DNA of 47,349 nt, from the NCBI GenBank assembly GCA_001642005.1, contig LWCA01000147.1, positions 1 to 47,349 on the forward strand. The letters are read 5' to 3'. This document shows positions 1-12,882 of the stretch, piece by piece. Source of the DNA: Intoshia linei (Eukaryota > Animalia > Orthonectida). The notes below the pieces were generated by a model that worked only from the letters and a program-made list of their open reading frames with translations, did not search any database and was not told where the DNA came from. A program made the translations under genes and the position numbers. The stretch's first letter is position 1, and every line of letters starts with the position of its first letter.

Positions 1-641
1 ATCATGCGAATCATCAAGGCCAGAATGCATCATACAAACAGTAAAATTTTCCAATAAAATTAATGGTTTTGGGTTATATTTTCTGTTGGAATAGGTGAAT
101 TACAGATTTTTAAAGGTATAATGAACCAGCATACCTATCAAAATGTATTAAACAATTTTTTTGATGAAATGACACAACGGCACATTGATCAGAAGTATAT
201 ATTCCAACATGATTCCGCTTCATGTCACAGAGCCAAATCTGTAACTTCATATTTCCAAAATGAAGAGATTGCCGTTCTTGAATTGCCCAGAAATTGCCCA
301 GATATTGATTCCAATCGAAAATGTGTTGGCACAATTGAAAAAGGAAGTTCATACAATTCCAATAAGATCAAAATCGGAACTGATTATTCGCCTACATACA
401 GTATGGAACAATTTTTCTAATTTGAAAAAACTAGCAAAATACGTATTAATAGTATGCCACGGAGAATTATGGTTCTCATACATGCTGAAGGAAATGTTAC
501 AAAATATTAATTAATTCCAATTAAACATAAATATATATGTAACTTATATTCAAAATTTTATTTAATTTCATCTACTCATCAGTGAATTAGTAACAAAACA
601 ATATGTAAAAAATAATTATTATAATCTTATGATCAACACTG
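1..641 (+). mobile_element. Decayed Tc1/mariner element, 3' part (frameshifted DDE transposase remnant plus right terminus)
   Basis: ORFs 121-420 and 260-514 carry split Tc1 catalytic motifs (YIFQHDSASCHRAK; PRNCPDI / IPIEN) across a frameshift. The element ends in ...GATCAACACTG followed by TA at 642-643, a typical Tc1 end and TA target. Confidence 0.8.
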
Positions 642-983
642 TATATAAAAAACTTTAAATGGTCAGGCTATTTTCAATATTCGTTGAAATACATTAATAT
701 TTTGGAAATATCATTTTTTTTTATACTTGATCACTATTATACCTATGGATGTTCAAAAATATAATTTTTCATTTTTTTTGAGACGCTTTAATATACAATG
801 TATCGATTTTTTGATGGTATTTAATATTGCTATTAATTTAATTTCTATATCGGTATTACATTTTACACACAAATTATTACATTTATTTGATATTGAGGAT
901 ATTGATATATGAGTTAATCTCTGTCAGCTTTTCATAAATAATGTCATATTGATAGTAACATAATGTATACTTATGATATAGAA

Positions 984-1412
984 CAGTGATGGCAGCCAAC
1001 TAAAACTAACCGTGTTAAATTTAATACTATTTTCAGAAATTTTTTTCTAGTGTGTTTTTATTAAAAAAATATTAGGTCAATCCAAACCGTCAATTAAGTC
1101 GAACAACTTGATGATGGAAAATGAGTTCAAAAAATAATTTTTACATTTATTTAGATTTAAAAAATTGACTCTATCAGTCACTCAGAGCTGTTTTAGAGCA
1201 GAGTACTTATTGGTGTATAATGCAATGAAATCCAACCAGAGGATGACCCACGCAATTTGAAAAATTGGCCATAAATCTTTGAATTTTATAGATAATTTTA
1301 GATGTATTAAAATATCGTTAATTATTTTAGTAATATTTTTTATTTGAAGTCAACTTATATATTTTTTCAAGTGTGTATTTTTTACACGCAAACACGTATT
1401 TTGCCATCACTG
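984..1412. mobile_element. hAT-type MITE
   Basis: TIRs CAGTGATGGCA (984) and TGCCATCACTG (ending 1412), flanked by a perfect 8-bp TSD ATATAGAA (976-983 and 1413-1420). Confidence 0.9.
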
Positions 1413-1977
1413 ATATAGAATATATTCATATTTTTGATAATACAGCAAACATGAGAAAAACAAAACATTAGAATCTATATGAATGATGGTTTGACTCCAA
1501 AAAACGCTACGCAATTTGTTGTGTAATTTTCTGTTCACATACAAAAGGAATTTACATTGTACCGTGTATATCTATGACAACATCATGAGATTATTAATAA
1601 TTATCAATTATAAAATAATACAATGTGTATTCATAGCACATTCGGCAAAATATTATTTTTAGCCATGAAATTTGGATTTGAATCTTGTTAAAAATGAAAT
1701 TCATGAATCATGAATTTCAATATTGACTAATAGCAACGGAGAACAATATTTTCAGAAGATACGTTGTATATTAAAAATGTAAGTATCATTGTTATTTTTA
1801 TTAAATAATTCTGCGGTCTTAATATTTATGAATTTGATTTTAATTTACATTATTACATTTATGTTAATAATATAAATAAAAAATACTTAAAAGTCCAGTC
1901 ACACGCAAATGACACGATTTTGAGAATATATAATCACTTTTAAAATCGGATAATAATATTTTAAATATCGTAAATAT

Positions 1978-2270
1978 AATATTACCTGTTACAAAACCGG
2001 CGCCAAGATTAAAAAAATGTTGTTATGTCACATTAAATGACACAACAAAATAAACTATAACTATAAAATATTACCTGTTGTAAAAATTAACGCCAAATTT
2101 ATGATTCTAATACGATAGTGATATCATCATTAAATAAATAATTATTTATTTATTAAAATATTACCTGTTAAACAATTGGCGCCAAATAATAACATTTTTG
2201 CGATAGTGATATTATAACAAAAACTATATTAATTTTCAAATATTACCTGTGAAAAACATGGCGCAAATTA
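1978..2270. repeat. Array of four bipartite motifs (A)ATATTACCTG-N10-GGCGCCAAA at about 82-90 bp spacing; fifth solo copy at 6199
   Basis: TTACCTG at 1982, 2071, 2161, 2243 and 6199, each followed after 10 nt (11 in copy 2) by GGCGCCAA, AACGCCAA or GGCGCAAA. The intervening sequences are largely dissimilar. Confidence 0.8.
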
Positions 2271-5200
2271 ATGTCACTGATATGATCAATTTGGCTCAAT
2301 TTTGAAAAATAAAAATGTGCAAAACGATGTCTGTTGCAAATAAAATGGTAATTTGATATTTTCCAAAACTAAATGCGTTATGCTACATAAGTTATGCATT
2401 ACTTGTCGATTTCAAACGTATGTTTTATTAAATTGAAAAACTGATATTGGCACATAATTCGTTAATTATAAAAATATATGTATTTATTTGTACATGTACG
2501 ACACATTATATTATTATTTAAGGCTAATGTAGGGATTAGTAAAAAAAATAAGACTTGAACATTTTTTAAGTCTAATACACAACTTTTAATGATTTGCATA
2601 ACAAATTGGTAAGGTGTGTAAAACTGAATTCCGATAATTTTTATCTAAAATAAAAAGATGCTTAAATTAATATGAACCATACTACATTAAGGTGGCAATT
2701 ATATATGATAATTAAATATAATGTCGGTAACACACCACAATCATATTATATAAAAACTATAAATGTATATTCGAATCTCTCAATTTCATAAAATACTGAC
2801 TTTTTTAATAATTATAAAATGATAATTAATGAATAATTTGTAGTGCCGTACCAACAGTATTATATCAAAAAGAATTCTAATTAAGACAACATTTTGTTAA
2901 AGTTAAAACAAGTAGATAAAATTAGCACTTGAAAAAAGATGACTCACAAAATGAACATCCAATTTTCATTAATAACGAAAATTTATGACAAATGTTCATA
3001 TAAATCTGAGTAACTATGTAGCCTTTATAATTAAATTATGCGTCGTCATTTCAGGGCAAATTTAACATTAGCATAAATTTACAAATTTGAATTAAGTATT
3101 TCGACACAAGTATCAATATATCAATTTATATTAATAAAAGCCAAATAGACTATAATTGTTCCTAAACAGTATTAGTACTAGGCAAGTCCGATTTCTGTAG
3201 ACATTGTGTAATTTTTAAAAAAGATGTATGATTTCAACTCTATATTTAATCCATTTCTATCGATTTTTCAACGAGTTTAATGTATGCGTTTTATTTTAAT
3301 TTAAATGTTTTATATCCATTTCCACTTTTAGTTAACAAATTAACATTGTTTTTATTCAATCAAATAAACAAATTTTTAAAGTTAGGTAATTTATAAGTTA
3401 TTATAGAAGGTTTTAGTAATATCATTCTGGTCTTTTGAATGTAAACTATTATATGTAGTAGTCTGTCGATTAGATTTTTATAGTGGTTGATGAGTAGAGT
3501 ATGTACTGTAGATAGGGCAAACTGTGTCGATTAAAAATCTGATGCTATTAGCTATACTACTATACACATATGTTCAAGGTGCTACCCTTCGTCGATTTTT
3601 GCTTTACAATGAGAATATCGATTAATCGATATAATTTGATTGTAAGGATTACTAAAGCGTTCAAAAATGCTTCAAAATAAATATTACGGTGGTGTGCACT
3701 TAGATACGAAATATTGTTCAATTGTATAAATTCTACTGTTTAACTTCCTTAACACCATTGTGCATCTATAAACAGGCTATTGTGCACCCATATCCATGCA
3801 AATTAGTTCGTATATTGTTGCACAGTTCGTACCTGTGTTCACAGCTCTGTAAAATTGATGCGGACACCCAAAGGGTATTCACCTGTTCTATAACTGACTG
3901 ACTAATTGACTTTTAAATTAAATATATCAATCTTAACCATTTTGCATTAGTGCTAAGTGAAAAATATGCTTATTTATTAGATTTTCGTCGATAATCAAAT
4001 ATATAAAGTGAAAACAATAAATTGTGATTTAAAGGATACCGTGCGTGTCGCATAAGCTGTGCATATTGCTTATGCTCTAATTGTTGCGTTTCTAAATGAT
4101 GGGTAATAATTAAAATTGAAAATAATCGACGTTGATAAATAATGATCGACATTACATCATGTGATCGATGAATTGGAAAACAGCAATCGGATATTTGATC
4201 TAAACCGCTTTTTTATAGAAAATTGTTACTGTTGTTACACTAACATATTCTAATCTTTCTCAAACTGTTTTAATTTGAGGTAGACTGAAGGCGAAGCTGA
4301 ACTGAAGACCAAGTGAAATGAAAAATTCATTCTATCCATCGTTTAATCAAGCCGTAGCCAAACTTTTAGTTCAACAGTATAACGTTGAACTAAAAAATTT
4401 CGCCCACCATACGAAAAATTTTTCTAAAATTATTTATTATATTATATATATTATATTAGAATATTAAACCCTGTAATATAGCATCAGTGATTGTCGTTTC
4501 CCAAAAAACTTTAAAAAGTCATACGAATATACAAAAATAATATGTACAAAGCCTATAAACTGTTCGTTCTGAAGTCGGATTCAATGTTTAGTCATAAAAT
4601 TGTATATAATCTGTTACCTACTCACCAATTTTCAGAATACACTAATATACACATTTTTTAAATTACAATTATCAATTCAGATTTTGTTTTCAAAAAAAAA
4701 TATTATTTAAACTGTAATTTCCGACATTTCGCATTCAAAAATAGAAAATATATCTACATGATATTGTACTCTTTTAATTTCATTTAAAGGTTGTTATACA
4801 ATAGTTTCCAAATTTGTATTTTTTCGCAAAAATAAAAAAAATGATCAGCACAAAATGTAATTAATTAATTAATTTTGTTCATCAAATAATCCTAAATCAA
4901 TTAGGTCCAGTCTTCTCCAGTCAGTCAGTCTCCAGTATTTCAAATTCATTAACCAAACTGTCAATATAAAAATTATAGTCATGGTGGCAATTAATTAGGG
5001 CCAGTCCACATAGACGATTACCAGTCATTGTGGATCTTAAAAAGGTTTTTAATCTTATCAAAATCATGTTGCCAAAATAATTAAAAGTTGATGAATATTT
5101 GGAAATAAATTAGAATTGCAGCTTTCGATTAATTGTATGATATTGGTCTTTGAATCAAGTTCTTTTTTTTTATCTAGTATATTCTGCTTTGAGATCTTTA

Positions 5201-5531
5201 TCTAATGATATGGCATGGTAAAATAATTTATATTTTTTTGCGAATTCTTTCTAATTTTTTGCAAAAAATATTTTTTAGCTTAAAATTGTTTCTAAATAAA
5301 TCTAAGTAAAATTCTAAGTAATCGAACGTGACTAAATCGAAATATTACTGTATAAAATTATCAATTATAGATGTGCAATGCACATTGTGCATGTAACAAA
5401 AGGCCTCAAGTCACATGATCAATTGTTCATGTAATGACATGTAATGCTATGCGCCATCTATATTGTTTTAATAAATTAAAACCTTTTTCAGTTATTTTAC
5501 AAAACATTACTTAAATTTTTTTTAAAATTTA

Positions 5532-5575
5532 AGGGGTGCAACTGCACCTTCTGCACCCCCTTGAATCCGCCACTG
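5532..5575. mobile_element. Terminal fragment of a CAGTGGCGGA-type DNA transposon/MITE
   Basis: GGGGTGCAACTGCACC..TGCACCCCCTTGAATCCGCCACTG is a GC-rich hairpin plus TIR typical of invertebrate MITE ends. No partner end was found. Confidence 0.55.
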
Positions 5576-7187
5576 GACGTTAATGCAGGAAATAAAGTCT
5601 GAAAAATTAGCAAGATCATAAAAAATAACTGATTACTTTGGTTCTACCAAAGAAAGAAAAAAATGAATTGATATAATTATTTATTATTATAATTATTGGA
5701 CTGTAATAGAAACAAACTCCAATGATAGAAGGTCCGACTGTATTTTCAATTTAAGAGATATCAATTAAAAATTTTTCTATATACATTATATATATATGTA
5801 TTATATTTCTGCCATAATGGGGGATAATGATTATTAACTAAAGTTTAGTTTAATTTAAATTATAAATTTAAAAACATTTTCATGACGCTTCTACATACAC
5901 ATTGATTCACCTTAATTAACCCTATGATCAATCGAATGTAATCTGCATTAATGCAATAATTACTTTAATTGAAATTGTTATCGTACCAATTGTCAATTAA
6001 TGTAAATATATTTGTATATAATAAATGAATATTCGATATTATAATTGTACTCGAATGATCATAATAATCATAAGCATGCCACTGAAACTATAAATGAATT
6101 AGTTATAATTGTGTTATTTTTATAATATGCATTCAATCAGTGCATAGTGATAATGTAACTATATGACTGACAATATATTAAGAATTTAATGTAATATGTT
6201 ACCTGCCAAAAGAATGGCGCCAAATAATTTGAAAATGAAATTTATTTTAAAAAAAATCATAGAAATAATAATAGTTTCATTTTCAGTATATTTATATTCT
6301 TTTCTTATACAATTCGTATAAAATTAAATGTCTGTGTGTCAGTTACCGTTTATTTAATAAATTAACTCTGCTAAAATTAAAAATTGATTCCTTCAGCGTC
6401 AAAACCCCAATTTATCTATTTTTTGAAAAATCAAATAAGCCTTACATTTCAAAAAAACATACATCCTGGGACGCGTTGGAAATTCATTAACATTGTTGTA
6501 AATCTCAATCTCAGAAACGTAAATCTTGATAGTCAAAACTAGAAACTACCCTTTTTTTAAAAATGAAAAAATCTTAGAATTTTATAAAACATAAATCGTA
6601 TGATAATTTTTAAAATAATAAGTATTGTCATAAACGACACCCCAAAAAATTGCATTTTCAACCTTAGAAATCAACGCATTCCAGGTAAAACGTAACTCAT
6701 TCATTACAAAAATTTCCAAAGAGAAGAAAATTATTAAAAAAAGAAAGTAATAATTGTGATTTATTGATTCAAAATAAATACATATAAAAGCAACATGCAA
6801 GTAGTAAATTTCAAATAATATCTAAATTACTATACAAGTGAAGATTAAACAAACAAAAGATAGTAATTAAGCACGAAAACCAACAAATCTAAAAGAAATG
6901 TATTGGAGAATGCATATAAAATACTAAAACATGATTAATTACACCAAACTGAGCTATTTAAAAATTTACATTATTCATTATAGTCACAGATGATTAATCA
7001 ATTATTTTTAATAAGAATAATGTATACTTTTTCCTGGCTACCGCAAATTAATAAATTTTAATTAAATTATTGAATAGTATTATTTAATATTAAATATACA
7101 TTTAGCCATACATGAAAAAAATCGATAATTTGAAATATTATCCAATTAACTTTTACGAAGAATATTTGATATACGATTAATGATAAA

Positions 7188-8769
7188 ATGAATTATATCG
7201 CAATTTTTCTTTTACTGTTCTATTGTGTTGCACCGAGAAAATTTTCATCGTGTATTTTACGAGGATATGTTCATACAAGAGATCAAATCAAATTTGACAT
7301 TGCCAATGTCACTCTTAGAGCCAATACCCATATTACCTGGAAAATCAGTTATCCGATATCCTTGAAACACCCTTATTTATTATTGTAATTTTATACATAT
7401 ATATATATATATATATATGGTATATGAATGTCGAACCGGGTGGAAAGGTTGCATGCTTACTCAGGGCTGTGGACAGGACCAGATTAATATATAACGGGAT
7501 CTCGATCACCACATGGTCTACTATTCTAAATCAATAGGTGATGTTAGAAAAATTGTTGATACGGTGCGCCGTAGTTTACATAATTTTTTTTAGTCAGCAG
7601 GGTAATAATGAAAAAAATGACGACGGCTGCATTAAAAAATTGAATATTATCATTAATATTAATAATTAGCATTAAAACAAAAAAGTACAGGAATCGAACC
7701 CAAAATTATCATTTAAACTGAACTTACTGTTGAATATCCACGGTCCTGGGCTCACTATCTTTCTCTATAATCCTAATATACCATGTTACCCCTGATTGAG
7801 AACCAATATTTAAATTACTAATTTTAAAATTATAGTTACACCGAAGAAATGTGGGCAGCTCTCCGTTCAATAAACATGAATTGTTGGAATTCCGTTGATT
7901 TAGCTCAACCAGTAACAGACAACAGATTAATTCTTTCACCACAATACACATGGAGCGGGTGTTTACAAGTAATAAAAGCGGGTCGATACTATATAGAATG
8001 CAATGGTTCAAAAACATTAAAATTTGAAAACAATGTTCAATTGCCAAATCGTATATACCTAGGATTTGCACATTGTTCATCATCCATAGGTTTAGAAATT
8101 ACTTACCTTTTTAAAATAGCATCCGAAAATTTAATTTGCACACCTCCATTTACAAACCACGACGAAAACTTGTTTGACACAAAAAACTGCAATCATGAAT
8201 TACCTCCGAAATTTGTTATTACTACAAGTTCAAACGCTAAGAAAAGAAATGCAAATTATTTACAATGTTCATATCACGGAACAATAAATTATACCAGTAG
8301 CAATTGGTTTGGGTTCATGTACAATTTTACCATCAAACGTGGTGCCGTTTTTAATTACAGTTTATACTTCCCAGAATCTTTTCAAAGCCAATCCATTGTA
8401 TTTTATAAAACCAGCGATATCATTAAAATTAGTAATCAAAATAATTGCTGGCCCAAACTAGGAATTATTTCTACAACAAGTGTTGCAGAGCAAACTATAA
8501 GTCTGAGTGCGCATGATACTATTAATGGATGCAAATTAACTTTGGATAGTAACAAAAAAAGTTTGGTACATTGTAGTGGGTCGCGTATTTTACCATGGGA
8601 TGACAAAATTCATGTTGCACTAGCTAATTGCATTTCTGATAAAGGTTTAATGTTGGACTATAAATTTCATGTCGATAATGTTGTGGATTCTAAATGTTCT
8701 TGTGGATGCAAAATTAATACCATGGTTTTAGCCATTTTTTTAATCACCTTTGCAATTTTTAATGTATAA
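7188..8769 (+). CDS. Secreted, probably GPI-anchored protein with two tandem TMEM145/GPR180-type N-terminal (GOLD-like) domains, about 376 aa; exons 7188-7384 and 7836-8769
   Basis: Signal-peptide-like start MNYIAIFLLLFYCVA. A phase-2 GT-AG intron joins ...HPYLL-F-YTEEMW... in frame. Repeat 1 (NRLILSPQYTWSGC..YYIECNGSK..IYLGFAHC...GLEITY) and repeat 2 (QTISLS...NGC...VHCSGSR...HVALANC...GLMLDY) resemble the TMEM145 ectodomain as recalled (NQVINLTTQYAWSGC..YLSCSSGR..WYIALSKC..GLQLEY). It ends in a hydrophobic tail MVLAIFLITFAIFNV. Confidence 0.8.
7462..7748. mobile_element. Intronic hAT-like MITE
   Basis: Imperfect TIRs CAGGGCTGTGGA and TCCACGGTCCTG with a degenerate 8-bp TSD (TGCTTACT / GGCTCACT). 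Related termini CAGGACCG(T/G)GGAGA recur near 22449 and 29657. Confidence 0.6.
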
Positions 8770-9517
8770 TACATATATTTTATTTCAGAATTATTCATTT
8801 ATTTCATTTTAAAGTTATTTATACATGCCATGTAATTGTTTGTCTAATGGAAATTGTCTTAGACATCGACTCTAGGTATCTTTTACTTATATAAAATTGA
8901 ATGGCTGTCTGTCTGCTTGTCTGTTACCGTTTATTTAAAAAATTAAACAAAATACAATTTTTAATATCGATTTTGAAGAGTACTGCAGTATCGCAAAGAT
9001 TCATTTTCTGAAATTGAGTCCTTGAGGGTCAAAATCACAATTTATCTTTCTTTTAAAAATAAAAATAAAATATAAAAAAAAACATAAATTGTGGGATGCG
9101 TTTGAAAGTCATTGACAATGTCATAAATCTCAACCTAAGAAACTTACATCTTCATATCAAAACCCCAAATCACCTTTTTTGAAAAAATGAAATTAGTCCT
9201 AGAGTTAAAAAAAATTACATATCATAAATGTATATCAAGTTAACAGATAAAATTTTTTTAATATTCGAAAATAGTGACTTAAATTGTTATAATAAAGATA
9301 AACTTATTTTTAATAAAATGAAAATGTTTAATAGTAATTTCTGCCCTTATCTGACCTAAACTTTTTATTTGTGTAATAGCATTGGAACCGTAAGAAAAAA
9401 CTACAGCAAATAAAATCAATAATATAAATAAATATTTTTAAGTGTAATTTAGAGTTGTATTATAGTTATTAGAGATTATAGATATTGTATTAGAGTTATT
9501 ATAATTGTATTTTAGAG

Positions 9518-9936
9518 GTAAACAGTGTATAATTCCCACAATTACGACTGATGAAGGCAAGGCATATCAAAAAACTATGGAAACCTTTGGTAGTTCCACC
9601 ACATGGGTTAAATGTTGGTTTCACGTGAAAACTTTGATTGAATCTGATGCTTCCGGGATAACTTGTTTATCACTAATTTTTCTATTTGAGAACTTCATTT
9701 TGTTTTGTTTGTGATATTGAGTTTTTATGGGATACTCCGCAATTCTGTAAAACTGGATTTTTCCCTTAAAGGTTGGTAAAACTGGAATTTTCTCTAAAGG
9801 GTTTTTAAAACCGAATTTTTCCTTTTAGGGTTGGTAAAACTGGATTTTTCCTTTAAAGGTTGTTGAAACTAAATTTTTCCTTTGTGTTGGTAAATTTTGA
9901 TTTTTAATAAAAATGGTTGGATTTAAGTAGACACCC
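9518..9936 (+). mobile_element. Mutator (MULE) transposase fragment with subterminal tandem repeats and terminus
   Basis: Peptide IPTITTDEGKAYQKTMETF...WVKCWFHVK fits the MULE pattern tD...F...CxFH. It is followed by about 30-bp tandem repeats and a GGATTTAAGTAGACACCC end. Confidence 0.6.
9748..9900. repeat. About 30-bp minisatellite (AAAACTGGATTTTTCCYTTAAAGGTTGGT), about 5 copies
   Basis: Directly visible tandem units, probably subterminal repeats of the MULE element. Confidence 0.85.
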
Positions 9937-10709
9937 TATAATATGATACGCAATCTTTGTTTGTGTGTGTGTTACCGTTTATTTCAATAACTACCAGTCT
10001 TAAAATTTTATAAAGTTGACATTTCAATTAGTTTTTTCAGGTGGTGTTAGCAAAATAATTCACTGTCCGAAAATTAAAAAAAAGACGATTATTCTGATAG
10101 AGCTTATTCCAGTTGATATAAATACAAAATTTCAACCCCAGAAATCTACGCATTCCCGGTGAAAAATAATTTTTAATATATTATCAACCAATATTTTTCA
10201 AATATTTCGATTAAAATAAAAATTGAAAATATTGATCCTACCATTTCAAAAAAAATATGAATTGAACGTCTACACATTTCCAATAAAGAAATATGGGTGA
10301 AAATCTATATAATTCATTCCTTCGGAATTTTTTTTATTGCTACGCAATTTTTAAATTTCAAATTTTTATTTTCAATTATGACACACATTCTGTCTAATAA
10401 ATTTAAAAAATAGGATAACAATTGTTTTAAAATTCATTACGCAAATGTTAACAAACAAAAAATTAAGATGGAATAATTCACTTTAAAGTAAAAAAGTAAT
10501 GTGATATGATGGTTTCACCTGAATAAATTTGGGAACCACTCCTTTCAAGGATTGATAATAGTGAATAGTAGGATTTTTAAGTTAGATTTTCAACATGAAT
10601 GGGATTGATAATAGTGAATAGTAGAATTTTTAAGTTAGATTTTCAACGTGAATTTTTTGATAAAATAAAAATATGCCCTCGGCAGAGCTAGGTGCAACTG
10701 TCAACCTAG
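9937..10709 (+). mobile_element. Non-autonomous Helitron-like element
   Basis: 5' region TATAATATG..TTTGTTTGTGTGTGTTACCGTTTATTT is shared with many copies in the window. The 3' end has a GC-rich hairpin (TGCCCTCGGCA) and terminal CTAG followed by T. It contains a 53-bp direct duplication at about 10549-10655. Confidence 0.7.
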
Positions 10710-10770
10710 TGTATATATAAAACGAAAAAATTCAAAACTTTTCCCAATAAAAATATATTTATTCATTATG

Positions 10771-11540
10771 TCAATATTGATGGTCCAATAATTTAGTAAA
10801 AGTTTTTGCATGCAAATGAGAAATTTCATAATTCATTCTGTAATGATACATCAGGACAAATAAAATATTAATGGGCAGTGAGATATAAACCAATTTTTTA
10901 TAAATAGATGTGGAGGTATTGAAAACAAAATTAGCACATTGTTTAACTTCAGAAATTGGAGGTAGTTTCAACGTGAAGAGTATATGAGATAGAGAAAAAC
11001 TCATGGCATATGCAGGCATTAAAGGAAACAAAACATTTCCAGATAAAAGTATTGCATTTCGTCTTAGTGACATTGTTTTTGTTTCACAATAATATTTTTG
11101 AATTCTATCCCAATTGGAATAATAAAAGTATGGTAATATAGACAAACTTGAAAAAATTACTCCCATAGTTGTTATTTTTTTGTAAAGGGAAACCAGTTTA
11201 AAAGTTTTCCTGTAATGATTACTGTATAATAATGAATTAAATATCAACATTCCGGCTACAGGGAGAGTATGGTTCTTTAGTAGTATTCTATTTTTAGATA
11301 AAATAAAAATTAAAATTAATTTTACATTTTATTTGACGTATCTTTCTCAATAAGTTTAATCATTTTCAGTTTAATATCATTCCAGTGCATAAAAATTGCA
11401 TTTTGTGAAACTCGTTCGCCCTTTTTATAAATGTAGAGATTGGAAGATTTCATTGATTCATTAATTTTATTTTTCAAATCAGTAGAGCTATTGATATCTG
11501 TTGCATCGTTTAAAATTTCAGTTTCAGTTATATTCTTCAT
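10771..11540 (-). CDS. TMEM126: TMEM126 family mitochondrial inner-membrane protein (complex I assembly), about 243 aa; exons 11540-11326 and 11287-10771
   Basis: A 38-nt GT-AG intron (11288-11325) joins ORFs 11322-11540 and 10771-11250 in frame. Four hydrophobic segments and the motif C....LRR....GNVLFPL.......LS....TLKLP match the TMEM126/DUF1370 pattern. Confidence 0.7.
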
Positions 11541-11835
11541 TTTAGTGCTTATAAAAATTTAATTTTCACAACAATAAATATTTACTCAAGTTGAATTTTT
11601 TGTTTTTATTTTCATTTTTACACATGCATGGCTCATCATTTTGATCTTGCTTAAAGCTGAACAAGGAGGCAAACAAGTGTTTTTAATAACAGTAAACCTA
11701 GCCTAACTCTGTAAGTTTTCATCTGTATGTAGTTATGGTTACCATCCTTAAGAAAATTGAATAAAAATAATTACAATATAGTTTGAAAGGGCTACGTGAC
11801 AAATATACATTTTATAGTATACTGCTGCTCTAAAT

Positions 11836-12336
11836 CAGCCATTCTCAACGGGGTTCATGAAAATTATATACATGTATTACATATTATATATTTAACTGAT
11901 TTATTTGATATGACTTTCTACAAAATTATCCGGAACTGTGGAAAGTTGCACGACTTTATTTTATTACTTTCTCATCAATGTATTTAGTTGAATGTGGATT
12001 CAGTTACGTAGTTTTATTATCAAAAAGAAGGAATAGATTAGATATAGTAAAAAGAGGAGATCTAAGGCTAGATTTATCAAATTTAGAACCTGATATAGAA
12101 CTACTTGTAAAAAAGTCAATGTCAAGGATCTCATTAATTGAATATAATATGTTAGTATTAAAATTTAAAAATTTGTTTAATATTAATAGTTCATCAACTT
12201 TATCATCTTGAAAAACTAGAGTATTGCATCTCATTTGGCCATCCATTTGTTTCACCAAAATGTAATGATTCATTAAAAATTGTAATTATTATTAATTTTT
12301 TTGGGGTCTACAGCGAAAAAGGGTTGATAATGCCTG
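11836..12336 (+). mobile_element. Internally deleted hAT (Buster/Charlie-type) transposon
   Basis: TIRs CAGCCATTCTCAAC and GTTGATAATGCCTG with a perfect 8-bp TSD CTCTAAAT (11828-11835, 12337-12344). The internal peptide YLVECGFS...KRRNRLD...DLRLDLSNLEPDI is the C-terminal dimerisation region of Buster-type transposases. Confidence 0.9.
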
Positions 12337-12882
12337 CTCTAAATGATAGCGTCTACTTGTACACATGCACGTGCACATGTACGTGATTTTAGATGGTTAG
12401 TAGATAAGGGTAAATATTTTTGTGAGTGATCGTCGTAGGGTATTGAAGCTTGCATTCTTAGTTAGCTTCTAAATAAGATATGACGGTTAATCCACGCGAA
12501 TCGTCATTTAACATTACATTGTACGTCTAATTTTTAAAAATAATTTACTAAAGTAGTGAATACTATTATAATGACGAAAAATTACATATATTTATACATG
12601 TAACATTCGGAGCGCTATAAAGTTGTAATTGCTAAGTAATTTCTCATAACTCGAACCCAATAACCCGATAGTGATATAATTAAAAACATTATCAAATTTT
12701 TCACATTAATGATGAACTGATCGATATTTATTAATATTCTTCAAAATGAATATTGAAATTGACACGTAAATCATGTATGTAATCAATTTCTTGTTATTAC
12801 AATCAATAATTGTGCATTACAAATTTAAGAAACCAATTAATATGTAAATTGAAGCATAACAACAAATTAAACAAACAAATAT

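Noticed and set aside
1978-2270. CRISPR array interpretation of the periodic motif
   Set aside because: The context is eukaryotic, there are no cas genes, and the repeats are too degenerate internally.
4277-4340. let-7-like seed TGAGGTAG
   Set aside because: Only the seed matches. The rest differs from let-7 and there is no convincing hairpin arm.
7397-7418. (TA)n microsatellites here and at about 17950
   Set aside because: These are ordinary simple repeats.
7724-8083. 119-aa minus-strand ORF, and similar antisense ORFs at 12004, 21144, 25906, 26273, 28343, 35767 and 41085
   Set aside because: These are shadows of real exons or transposase remnants on the opposite strand.
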